Source: Eledone cirrhosa (lineage: Eukaryota). Taken from it: a stretch of DNA of 64,000 nucleotides. The notes under the pieces are model-generated. The model saw nothing but the letters and a program-made list of their open reading frames with translations, was not told where the DNA came from and searched no databases. The stretch is from NCBI GenBank assembly GCA_964016885.1, contig OZ024741.1:414470001-414534000 (forward strand), in the 5' to 3' direction. A program made the translations under genes and the position numbers. How positions within the stretch are numbered: the first letter of the stretch is position 1; every line of letters begins with the position of its first letter. This document shows, one piece after another, positions 24,480-36,800 of the stretch.

Positions 24480-24608
24480 ATATTTAATATAGAAAGGCTT
24501 CTACAGGACTAGAACTGTTTCATTCCGGAGAAATCATCAGGGCTTCCTGATGACTACTCCCAAATGAAACAGTTCTAGTCCTGTAGAAGCCATTTCTATA
24601 TTAAATAT
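24480..24608. repeat. ~130-bp inverted repeat (45-bp near-perfect outer arms), probable Penelope-like element remnant
   Basis: ATATTTAATATAGAAAGGCTTCTACAGGACTAGAACTGTTTCATT (24480-24524) is the reverse complement of 24563-24608 apart from one inserted A. The inner TCATCAGG/CCTGATGA also pair. Confidence 0.9.
24541..24591 (+). ncRNA. Type I hammerhead-ribozyme-like motif (stem II degenerate)
   Basis: Stem I GGCTTC, core CTGATGA, 12-nt spacer, GAAA, stem III ACAG/CTGT with an 8-nt loop, GUA cleavage triplet (A24585), then stem I' GAAGCC. All core bases and stems I and III are present; stem II does not pair. Confidence 0.55.
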
Positions 24609-24713
24609 ATATATATATAATTGTTAATAAATGAAACAACTGGTATGAGCGTCATGGTATAAAGTTATCTGTTGTATTAATGTGAGAACATGTGAAGAGA
24701 TGGACACCTCGTA

Positions 24714-24746
24714 GATGTAGAGTGGCCCAACACTCTACATCGAAAC
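24714..24746 (+). other. 11-bp perfect hairpin followed by GAAAC
   Basis: GATGTAGAGTG-gcccaa-CACTCTACATC-GAAAC. Confidence 0.7.
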
Positions 24747-24815
24747 ATGGAGAATTAATATAATGTTTTAACTATAACTTGCTTATTCTTTCTCCATTTA
24801 TTCAATGTTGAATTC

Positions 24816-27800
24816 TGCAGACCGTAGCCTAACACTGTACAATGACTGGAGCTGTGCAGCCCGTAGCCTAACACTGTACAATGACTGGAGCAGGGCAGCC
24901 CGTAGCCTAACACTGTACAATGACTGGAGCTGTGCAGCCCGTAGCCTAACACTGTACAATGACTGGAGCAGGGCAGCCCGTAGCCTAACACTGTACAATG
25001 ACTGGAGCAGGGCAGCCCATAGCCTAACACTGTACAATGACTGGAGCAGGGCAGCCCGTAGCCTAACACTGTACAATGACTGGAGCTGTGCAGCCCGTAG
25101 CCTAACACTGTACAATGACTGGAGCAGGGCAGCCCGTAGCCTAACACTGTACAATGACTGGAGCTGTGCAGCCCGTAGCCTAACACTGTACAATGACTGG
25201 AGCTGTGCAGCCCGTAGCCTAACACTGTACAATGACTGGAGCAGGGCAGCCCGTAGCCTAACACTGTACAATGACTGGAGCTGTGCAGCCCGTAGCCTAA
25301 CACTGTACAATGACTGGAGCTGTGCAGCCCGTAGCCTAACACTGTACAATGACTGGAGCTGTGCAGCCCGTAGCCTAACACTGTACAATGACTGGAGCTG
25401 TGCAGCCCGTAGCCTAACACTGTACAATGACTGGAGCAGGGCAGCCCGTAGCCTAACACTGTACAATGACTGGAGCTGTGCAGCCCGTAGCCTAACACTG
25501 TACAATGACTGCAGCTGTGCAGCCCGTAGCCTAACACTGTACAATGACTGGAGCAGGGCAGCCCGTAGCCTAACACTGTACAATGACTGGAGCTGTGCAG
25601 CCCGTAGCCTAACACTGTACAATGACTGGAGCTGTGCAGCCCGTAGCCTAACACTGTACAATGACTGGAGCTGTGCAGCCCGTAGCCTAACACTGTACAA
25701 TGACTGGAGCTGTTCAGCCCGTAGCCTAACACTGTACAATGACTGGAGCAGGGCAGCCCGTAGCCTAACACTGTACAATGACTGGAGCTGTGCAGCCCGT
25801 AGCCTAACACTGTACAATGACTGGAGCAGGGCAGCCCGTAGCCTAACACTGTACAATGACTGGAGCTGTGCAGCCCGTAGCCTAACACTGTACAATGACT
25901 GGAGCAGGGCAGCCCGTAGCCTAACACTGTACAATGACTGGAGCAGGGCAGCCCGTAGCCTAACACTGTACAATGACTGGAGCAGGGCAGCCCGTAGCCT
26001 AACACTGTACAATGACTGCAGCTGTGCAGCCCGTAGCCTAACACTGTACAATGACTGGAGCAGGGCAGCCCGTAGCCTAACACTGTACAATGACTGCAGC
26101 TGTGCAGCCCGTAGCCTAACACTGTACAATGACTGGAGCTGTGCACACCGTAGCCTAACACTGTACAATGACTGCAGCTGTGCAGCCCGTAGCCTAACAC
26201 TGTACAATGACTGGAGCTGTGCAGCCCGTAGCCTAACACTGTACAATGACTGCAGCTGTGCAGCCCGTAGCCTAACACTGTACAATGACTGGAGCAGGGC
26301 AGCCCGTAGCCTAACACTGTACAATGACTGGAGCTGTGCAGCCCATAGCCTAACACTGTACAATGACTGGAGCTGTGCAGCCCGTAGCCTAACACTGTAC
26401 AATGACTGGAGCTGTGCAGCCCGTAGCCTAACACTGTACAATGACTGGAGCTGTGCAGCCCGTAGCCTAACACTGTACAATGACTGCAGCTGTGCAGCCC
26501 GTAGCCTAACACTGTACAATGACTGCAGCTGTGCAGCCCGTAGCCTAACACTGTACAATGACTGGAGCAGAGCAGCCCGTAGCCTAACACTGTACAATGA
26601 CTGCAGCTGTGCAGCCCGTAGCCTAACACTGTACAATGACTGGAGCTGTGCAGCCCGTAGCCTAACACTGTACAATGACTGCAGCTGTGCAGCCCGTAGC
26701 CTAACACTGTACAATGACTGCAGCTGTGCAGCCCGTAGCCTGACACTGTACAATGACTGGAGCTGTGCAGCCCGTAGCCTAACACTGTACAATGACTGGA
26801 GCAGGGCAGCCCGTAGCCTAACACTGTACAATGACTGCAGCTGTGCAGCCCGTAGCCTAACACTGTACAATGACTGGAGCTGTGCAGCCCGTAGCCTAAC
26901 ACTGTACAATGACTGCAGCTGTGCAGCCCGTAGCCTAACACTGTACAATGACTGGAGCTGTGCAGCCCGTAGCCTAACACTGTACAATGACTGGAGCTGT
27001 GCAGCCCGTAGCCTAACACTGTACAATGACTGCAGCTGTGCAGCCCGTAGCCTAACACTGTACAATGACTGGAGCAGGGAAGCCCGTAGCCTAACACTGT
27101 ACAATGACTGCAGCTGTGCAGCCCGTAGCCTAACACTGTACAATGACTGGAGCTGTGCAGCCCGTAGCCTAACACTGTACAATGACTGCAGCTGTGCAGC
27201 CCGTAGCCTAACACTGTACAATGACTGGAGCTGTGCAGCCCGTAGCCTAACACTGTACAATGACTGCAGCTGTGCAGCCCGTAGCCTAACACTGTACAAT
27301 GATGCAGCTGTGCAGCCCGTAGCCTAACACTGTACAATGACTGGAGCTGTGCAGCCCGTAGCCTAACACTGTACAATGACTGCAGCTGTGCAGCCCGTAG
27401 CCTAACACTGTACAATGACTGCAGCTGTGCAGCCCGTAGCCTAACACTGTACAATGACTGGAGCTGTGCAGCCCGTAGCCTAACACTGTACAATGACTGG
27501 AGCAGGGCAGCCCGTAGCCTAACACTGTACAATGACTGGAGCTGTGCAGCCCATAGCCTAACACTGTACAATGACTGGAGCTGTGCAGCCCGTAGCCTAA
27601 CACTGTACAATGACTGGAGCTGTGCAGCCCGTAGCCTAACACTGTACAATGACTGGAGCTGTGCACACCGTAGCCTAACACTGTACAATGACTGGAGCTG
27701 TGCAGCCCGTAGCCTAACACTGTACAATGACTGCAGCTGTGCAGCCCGTAGCCTAACACTGTACAATGACTGGAGCAGGGCAGCCCGTAGCCTAACACTG

Positions 27801-30800
27801 TACAATGACTGCAGCTGTGCAGCCCGTAGCCTAACACTGTACAATGACTGCAGCTGTGCAGCCTGTAGCCTAACACTGTACAATGACTGGAGCTGTGCAC
27901 ACCGTAGCCTAACACTGTACAATGACTGCAGCTGTGCAGCCCGTAGCCTAACACTGTACAATGACTGGAGCTGTGCAGCCCGTAGCCTAACACTGTACAA
28001 TGACTGCAGCTGTGCAGCCCGTAGCCTAACACTGTACAATGACTGGAGCAGGGCAGCCCGTAGCCTAACACTGTACAATGACTGGAGCTGTGCAGCCCAT
28101 AGCCTAACACTGTACAATGACTGGAGCTGTGCAGCCCGTAGCCTAACACTGTACAATGACTGGAGCTGTGCAGCCCGTAGCCTAACACTGTACAATGACT
28201 GGAGCTGTGCAGCCCGTAGCCTAACACTGTACAATGACTGGAGCTGTGCACACCGTAGCCTAACACTGTACAATGACTGGAGCTGTGCAGCCCGTAGCCT
28301 AACACTGTACAATGACTGCAGCTGTGCAGCCCGTAGCCTAACACTGTACAATGACTGGAGCAGGGCAGCCCGTAGCCTAACACTGTACAATGACTGCAGC
28401 TGTGCAGCCCGTAGCCTAACACTGTACAATGACTGCAGCTGTGCAGACCGTAGCCTAACACTGTACAATGATGCAGCTGTGCAGCCCGTAGCCTAACACT
28501 GTACAATGACTGGAGCAGGGCAGCCCGTAGCCTAACACTGTACAATGACTGGAGCTGTGCAGCCCGTAGCCTAACACTGTACAATGACTGCAGCTGTGCA
28601 GCCCGTAGCCTAACACTGTACAATGACTGGAGCAGGGCAGCCCGTAGCCTAACACTGTACAATGACTGCAGCTGTGCAGCCCGTAGCCTAACACTGTACA
28701 GTGACTGCAGCTGTGCAGCCCGTAGCCTAACACTGTACAATGACTGGAGCAGGGCAGGCCGTAGCCTAACACTGTACAATGACTGGAGCTGTGCAGCCCG
28801 TAGCCTAACACTGTACAATGACAGCAGCTGTGCAGCCCGTAGCCTAACACTGTACAATGACTGGAGCAGGGCAGGCCGTAGCCTAACACTGTACAATGAC
28901 TGAAGCTGTGCAGCCCGTAGCCTAACACTGTACAATGACTGGAGCAGGGCAGCCCGTAGCCTAACACTGTACAATGACTGCAGCTGTGCAGACCGTAGCC
29001 TAACACTGTACAATGACTGGAGCTGTGCAGCCCGTAGCCTAACACTGTACAATGACTGGAGCTGTGCAGCCCGTAGCCTAACACTGTACAATGACTGCAG
29101 CTGTGCAGCCCGTAGCCTAACACTGTACAATGACTGCAGCTGTGCAGCCCGTAGCCTAACACTGTACAATGATGCAGCTGTGCAGCCCGTAGCCTAACAC
29201 TGTACAATGACTGGAGCAGGGCAGCCCGTAGCCTAACACTGTACAATGACTGGAGCTGTGCAGCCCGTAGCCTAACACTGTACAATGACTGCAGCTGTGC
29301 AGCCCGTAGCCTAACACTGTACAATGACTGGAGCTGTGCAGCCCGTAGCCTAACACTGTACAATGACTGCAGCTGTGCAGCCCGTAGCCTAACACTGTAC
29401 AATGACTGGAGCTGTGCACACCGTAGCCTAACACTGTACAATGACTGCAGCTGTGCAGCCCGTAGCCTAACACTGTACAATGACTGCAGCTGTGCAGCCC
29501 GTAGCCTAACACTGTACAATGACTGGAGCTGTACAGCCCGTAGCCTAACACTGTACAATGACTGCAGCTGTGCAGACCGTAGCCTAACACTGTACAATGA
29601 TGCAGCTGTGCAGCCCGTAGCCTAACACTGTACAATGACTGGAGCAGGGCAGCCCGTAGCCTAACACTGTACAATGACTGGAGCTGTGCACACCGTAGCC
29701 TAACACTGTACAATGACTGGAGATGTGCAGCCCGTAGCCTAACACTGTACAATGACTGCAGCTGTGCAGCCCGTAGCCTAACACTGTACAATGACTGGAG
29801 CTGTGCAGCCCGTAGCCTAACACTGTACAATGACTGGAGCAGGGCAGCCCGTAGCCTAACACTGTACAATGACTGGAGCTGTGCAGCCCGTAGCCTAACA
29901 TTGTACAATGACTGGAGCTGTGCAGCCCGTAGCCTAACACTGTACAATGACTGGAGCTGTGCAGCCCGTAGCCTAACACTGTACAATGACTGGAGCTGTG
30001 CAGCCCGTAGCCTAACACTGTACAATGACTGGAGCTGTGCAGCCCGTAGCCTAACATTGTACAATGACTGGAGCTGTGCAGCCCGTAGCCTAACACTGTA
30101 CAATGACTGGAGCTGTGCAGCCCGTAGCCTAACACTGTACAATGACTGGAGCTGTGCAGCCCGTAGCCTAACACTGTACAATGACTGGAGCAGGGCAGCC
30201 CGTAGCCTAACACTGTACAATGACCGGAGCTGTGCAGCCCGTAGCCTAACACTGTACAATGACTGGAGCAGGGCAGCCCGTAGCCTAACACTGTACAATG
30301 ACTGGAGCTGTGCAGCCCGTAGCCTAACACTGTACAATGACTGGAGCAGGGCAGCCCGTAGCCTAACACTGTACAATGACTGGAGCAGGGCAGCCCGTAG
30401 CCTAACACTGTACAATGACTGGAGCAGGGCAGCCCGTAGCCTAACACTGTACAATGACTGCAGCTGTGCAGCCCGTAGCCTAACACTGTACAATGACTGG
30501 AGCAGGGCAGCCCGTAGCCTAACACTGTACAATGACTGCAGCTGTGCAGCCCGTAGCCTAACACTGTACAATGACTGGAGCAGGGCAGGCCGTAGCCTAA
30601 CACTGTACAATGACTGGAGCTGTGCAGACCGTAGCCTAACACTGTACAATGACTGGAGCTGTGCAGACCGTAGCCTAACACTGTACAATGACTGCAGCTG
30701 TGCAGCCCGTAGCCTAACACTGTACAATGACTGGAGCAGGGCAGGCCGTAGCCTAACACTGTACAATGACTGGAGCTGTGCAGACCGTAGCCTAACACTG

Positions 30801-33800
30801 TACAATGACTGGAGCTGTGCAGACCGTAGCCTAACACTGTACAATGACTGGAGCTGTGCAGACCGTAGCCTAACACTGTACAATGACTGCAGCTGTGCAG
30901 CCCGTAGCCTAACACTGTACAATGACTGCAGCTGTGCAGCCTGTAGCCTAACACTGTACAATGACTGGAGCTGTGCAGCCCGTAGCCTAACACTGTACAA
31001 TGACTGGAGCTGTGCAGCCCGTAGCCTAACACTGTACAATGACTGGAGCTGTGCAGCCCGTAGCCTAACACTGTACAATGACTGCAGCTGTGCAGACCGT
31101 AGCCTAACACTGTACAATGACTGCAGCTGTGCAGACCGTAGCCTAACACTGTACAATGACTGGAGCTGTGCAGCCCGTAGCCTAACACTGTACAATGACT
31201 GCAGCTGTGCAGCCCGTAGCCTAACACTGTACAATGACTGCAGCTGTGCAGCCCGTAGCCTAACACTGTACAATGACTGGAGCAGGGCAGCCCGTAGCCT
31301 AACACTGTACAATGACTGCAGCTGTGCAGCCCGTAGCCTAACACTGTACAATGACTGGAGCTGTGCAGCCCGTAGCCTAACACTGTACAATGACTGCAGC
31401 TGTGCAGCCCGTAGACTAACACTGTACAATGACTGGAGCAGGGCAGCCCGTAGCCTAACACTGTACAATGACTGGAGCTGTGCAGCCCGTAGCCTAACAC
31501 TGTACAATGACTGGAGCTGTGCAGCCCGTAGCCTAACACTGTACAATGACTGGAGCTGTGCACACCGTAGCCTAACACTGTACAATGACTGGAGCTGTGC
31601 AGCCCGTAGCCTAACACTGTACAATGACTGGAGCAGGGCAGCCCGTAGCCTAACACTGTACAATGACTGGAGCTGTGCACACCGTAGCCTAACACTGTAC
31701 AATGACTGGAGCTGTGCAGCCCGTAGCCTAACACTGTACAATGACTGGAGCTGTGCAGCCCGTAGCCTAACACTGTACAATGACTGGAGCTGTGCACACC
31801 GTAGCCTAACACTGTACAATGACTGGAGCTGTGCAGCCCGTAGCCTAACACTGTACAATGACTGCAGCTGTGCAGCCCGTAGCCTAACACTGTACAATGA
31901 CTGGAGCAGGGCAGCCCGTAGCCTAACACTGTACAATGACTGCAGCTGTGCAGCCCGTAGCCTAACACTGTACAATGACTGGAGCAGGGCAGCCCGTAGC
32001 CTAACACTGTACAATGACTGGAGCTGTGCAGCCCGTAGCCTAACACTGTACAATGACTGGAGCTGTGCAGCCCGTAGCCTAACACTGTACAATGACTGCA
32101 GCTGTGCAGCCCGTAGCCTAACACTGTACAATGACTGGAGCAGGGCAGCCCGTAGCCTAACACTGTACAATGACTGGAGCAGGGCAGCCCGTAGCCTAAC
32201 ACTGTACAATGACTGCAGCTGTGCAGCCCGTAGCCTAACACTGTACAATGACTGGAGCTGTGCAGCCCGTAGCCTAACACTGTACAATGACTGGAGCTGT
32301 GCAGCCCGTAGCCTAACACTGTACAATGACTGCAGCTGTGCAGACCGTAGCCTAACACTGTACAATGATGCAGCTGTGCAGCCCGTAGCCTAACACTGTA
32401 CAATGACTGGAGCAGGGCAGCCCGTAGCCTAACACTGTACAATGACTGCAGCTGTGCAGCCCGTAGCCTAACACTGTACAATGACTGCAGCTGTGCAGCC
32501 CGTAGCCTAACACTGTACAATGACTGGAGCTGTGCAGCCCGTAGCCTAACACTGTACAATGACTGGAGCTGTGCAGCCCGTAGCCTAACACTGTACAATG
32601 ACTGTAGCTGTGCAGACCGTAGCCTAACACTGTACAATGATGCAGCTGTGCAGCCCGTAGCCTAACACTGTACAATGACTGGAGCAGGGCAGCCCGTAGC
32701 CTAACACTGTACAATGACTGGAGCTGTGCAGCCCGTAGCCTAACACTGTACAATGACTGGAGCTGTGCAGCCCGTAGCCTAACACTGTACAATGACTGCA
32801 GCTGTGCAGCCCGTAGCCTAACACTGTACAATGACTGGAGCAGGGCAGCCCGTAGCCTAACACTGTACAATGACTGCAGCTGTGCAGCCCGTAGCCTAAC
32901 ACTGTACAATGACTGCAGCTGTGCAGCCCGTAGCCTAACACTGTACAATGACTGGAGCAGGGCAGGCCGTAGCCTAACACTGTACAATGACTGGAGCTGT
33001 GCAGCCCGTAGCCTAACACTGTACAATGACTGCAGCTGTGCAGCCCGTAGCCTAACACTGTACAATGACTGGAGCAGGGCAGCCCGTAGCCTAACACTGT
33101 ACAATGATGCAGCTGTGCAGCCCGTAGCCTAACACTGTACAATGACTGCAGCTGTGCAGCCCGTAGCCTAACACTGTACAATGACTGCAGCTGTGCAGCC
33201 CCTAGCCTAACACTGTACAATGACTGCAGATGTGCAGCCTGTAGCCTAACACTGTACAATGACTGCAGCTGTGCAGCCCGTAGCCTAACACTGTACAATG
33301 ACTGGAGCAGGGCAGCCCGTAGCCTAACACTGTACAATGACTGCAGCTGTGCAGCCCGTAGCCTAACACTGTACAATGACTGGAGCTGTGCAGCCCGTAG
33401 CCTAACACTGTACAATGACTGCAGCTGTGCAGCCCGTAGCCTAACACTGTACAATGACTGGAGCTGTGCAGCCCGTAGCCTAACACTGTACAATGACTGG
33501 AGCTGTGCAGCCCGTAGCCTAACACTGTACAATGACTGCAGCTGTGCAGCCCGTAGCCTAACACTGTACAATGACTGGAGCAGGGCAGCCCGTAGCCTAA
33601 CACTGTACAATGACTGCAGCTGTGCAGCCCGTAGCCTAACACTGTACAATGACTGGAGCTGTGCAGCCCGTAGCCTAACACTGTACAATGACTGCAGCTG
33701 TGCAGCCCGTAGCCTAACACTGTACAATGACTGGAGCTGTGCAGCCCGTAGCCTAACACTGTACAATGACTGGAGCTGTGCAGCCCGTAGCCTAACACTG

Positions 33801-36800
33801 TACAATGACTGCAGCTGTGCAGCCCGTAGCCTAACACTGTACAATGACTGGAGCAGGGCAGCCCGTAGCCTAACACTGTACAATGACTGGAGCAGGGCAG
33901 CCCGTAGCCTAACACTGTACAATGACTGCAGCTGTGCAGCCCGTAGCCTAACACTGTACAATGACTGGAGCTGTGCAGCCCGTAGCCTAACACTGTACAA
34001 TGACTGGAGCTGTGCAGCCCGTAGCCTAACACTGTACAATGACTGCAGCTGTGCAGACCGTAGCCTAACACTGTACAATGATGCAGCTGTGCAGCCCGTA
34101 GCCTAACACTGTACAATGACTGGAGCAGGGCAGCCCGTAGCCTAACACTGTACAATGACTGCAGCTGTGCAGCCCGTAGCCTAACACTGTACAATTACTG
34201 CAGCTGTGCAGCCCGTAGCCTAACACTGTACAATGACTGGAGCTGTGCAGCCCGTAGCCTAACACTGTACAATGACTGGAGCTGTGCAGCCCGTAGCCTA
34301 ACACTGTACAATGACTGCAGCTGTGCAGACCGTAGCCTAACACTGTACAATGATGCAGCTGTGCAGCCCGTAGCCTAACACTGTACAATGACTGGAGCAG
34401 GGCAGCCCGTAGCCTAACACTGTACAATGACTGGAGCTGTGCAGCCCGTAGCCTAACACTGTACAATGACTGCAGCTGTGCAGCCCGTAGCCTAACACTG
34501 TACAATGACTGGAGCAGGGCAGCCCGTAGCCTAACACTGTACAATGACTGCAGCTGTGCAGCCCGTAGCCTAACACTGTACAATGACTGCAGCTGTGCAG
34601 CCCGTAGCCTAACACTGTACAATGACTGGAGCAGGGCAGGCCGTAGCCTAACACTGTACAATGACTGGAGCTGTGCAGCCCGTAGCCTAACACTGTACAA
34701 TGACTGCAGCTGTGCAGCCCGTAGCCTAACACTGTACAATGACTGGAGCAGGGCAGCCCGTAGCCTAACACTGTACAATGATGCAGCTGTGCAGCCCGTA
34801 GCCTAACACTGTACAATGACTGCAGCTGTGCAGCCCGTAGCCTAGCACTGTACAATGACTGCAGCTGTGCAGCCCCTAGCCTAACACTGTACAATGACTG
34901 CAGATGTGCAGCCTGTAGCCTAACACTGTACAATGACTGCAGCTGTGCAGCCCGTAGCCTAACACTGTACAATGACTGGAGCAGGGCAGCCCGTAGCCTA
35001 ACACTGTACAATGACTGCAGCTGTGCAGCCCGTAGCCTAACACTGTACAATGACTGGAGCTGTGCAGCCCGTAGCCTAACACTGTACAATGACTGCAGCT
35101 GTGCAGCCCGTAGCCTAACACTGTACAATGACTGGAGCTGTGCAGCCCGTAGCCTAACACTGTACAATGACTGGAGCTGTGCAGCCCGTAGCCTAACACT
35201 GTACAATGACTGCAGCTGTGCAGCCCGTAGCCTAACACTGTACAATGACTGGAGCAGGGCAGCCCGTAGCCTAACACTGTACAATGACTGCAGCTGTGCA
35301 GCCCGTAGCCTAACACTGTACAATGACTGGAGCTGTGCAGCCCGTAGCCTAACACTGTACAATGACTGCAGCTGTGCAGCCCGTAGCCTAACACTGTACA
35401 ATGACTGCAGCTGTGCAGCCCGTAGCCTAACACTGTACAATGACTGGAGCTGTGCAGCCCGTAGCCTAACACTGTACAATGACTGCAGCTGTGCAGCCCG
35501 TAGCCTAACACTGTACAATGACTGGAGCAGGGCAGCCCGTAGCCTAACACTGTACAATGACTGCAGCTGTGCAGCCCGTAGCCTAACACTGTACAATGAC
35601 TGGAGCTGTGCAGCCCGTAGCCTAACACTGTACAATGACTGCAGCTGTGCAGCCCGTAGCCTAACACTGTACAATGATGCAGCTGTGCAGCCCGTAGCCT
35701 AACACTGTACAATGACTGGAGCTGTGCAGCCCGTAGCCTAACACTGTACAATGACTGCAGCTGTGCAGCCCGTAGCCTAACACTGTACAATGACTGCAGC
35801 TGTGCAGCCCGTAGCCTAACACTGTACAATGACTGGAGCTGTGCAGCCCGTAGCCTAACACTGTACAATGACTGGAGCAGGGCAGCCCGTAGCCTAACAC
35901 TGTACAATGACTGGAGCTGTGCAGCCCATAGCCTAACACTGTACAATGACTGGAGCTGTGCAGCCCGTAGCCTAACACTGTACAATGACTGGAGCTGTGC
36001 AGCCCGTAGCCTAACACTGTACAATGACTGGAGCTGTGCAGCCCGTAGCCTAACACTGTACAATGACTGGAGCTGTGCACACCGTAGCCTAACACTGTAC
36101 AATGATTGGAGCTGTGCAGCCCGTAGCCTAACACTGTACAATGACTGCAGCTGTGCAGCCCGTAGCCTAACACTGTACAATGACTGGAGCAGGGCAGCCC
36201 GTAGCCTAACACTGTACAATGACTGCAGCTGTGCAGCCCGTAGCCTAACACTGTACAATGACTGCAGCTGTGCAGCCTGTAGCCTAACACTGTACAATGA
36301 CTGGAGCTGTGCACACCGTAGCCTAACACTGTACAATGACTGCAGCTGTGCAGCCCGTAGCCTAACACTGTACAATGACTGGAGCTGTGCAGCCCGTAGC
36401 CTAACACTGTACAATGACTGCAGCTGTGCAGCCCGTAGCCTAACACTGTACAATGACTGGAGCAGGGCAGCCCGTAGCCTAACACTGTACAATGACTGGA
36501 GCTGTGCAGCCCATAGCCTAACACTGTACAATGACTGGAGCTGTGCAGCCCGTAGCCTAACACTGTACAATGACTGGAGCTGTGCAGCCCGTAGCCTAAC
36601 ACTGTACAATGACTGGAGCTGTGCAGCCCGTAGCCTAACACTGTACAATGACTGGAGCTGTGCACACCGTAGCCTAACACTGTACAATGACTGGAGCTGT
36701 GCAGCCCGTAGCCTAACACTGTACAATGACTGCAGCTGTGCAGCCCGTAGCCTAACACTGTACAATGACTGGAGCAGGGCAGCCCGTAGCCTAACACTGT

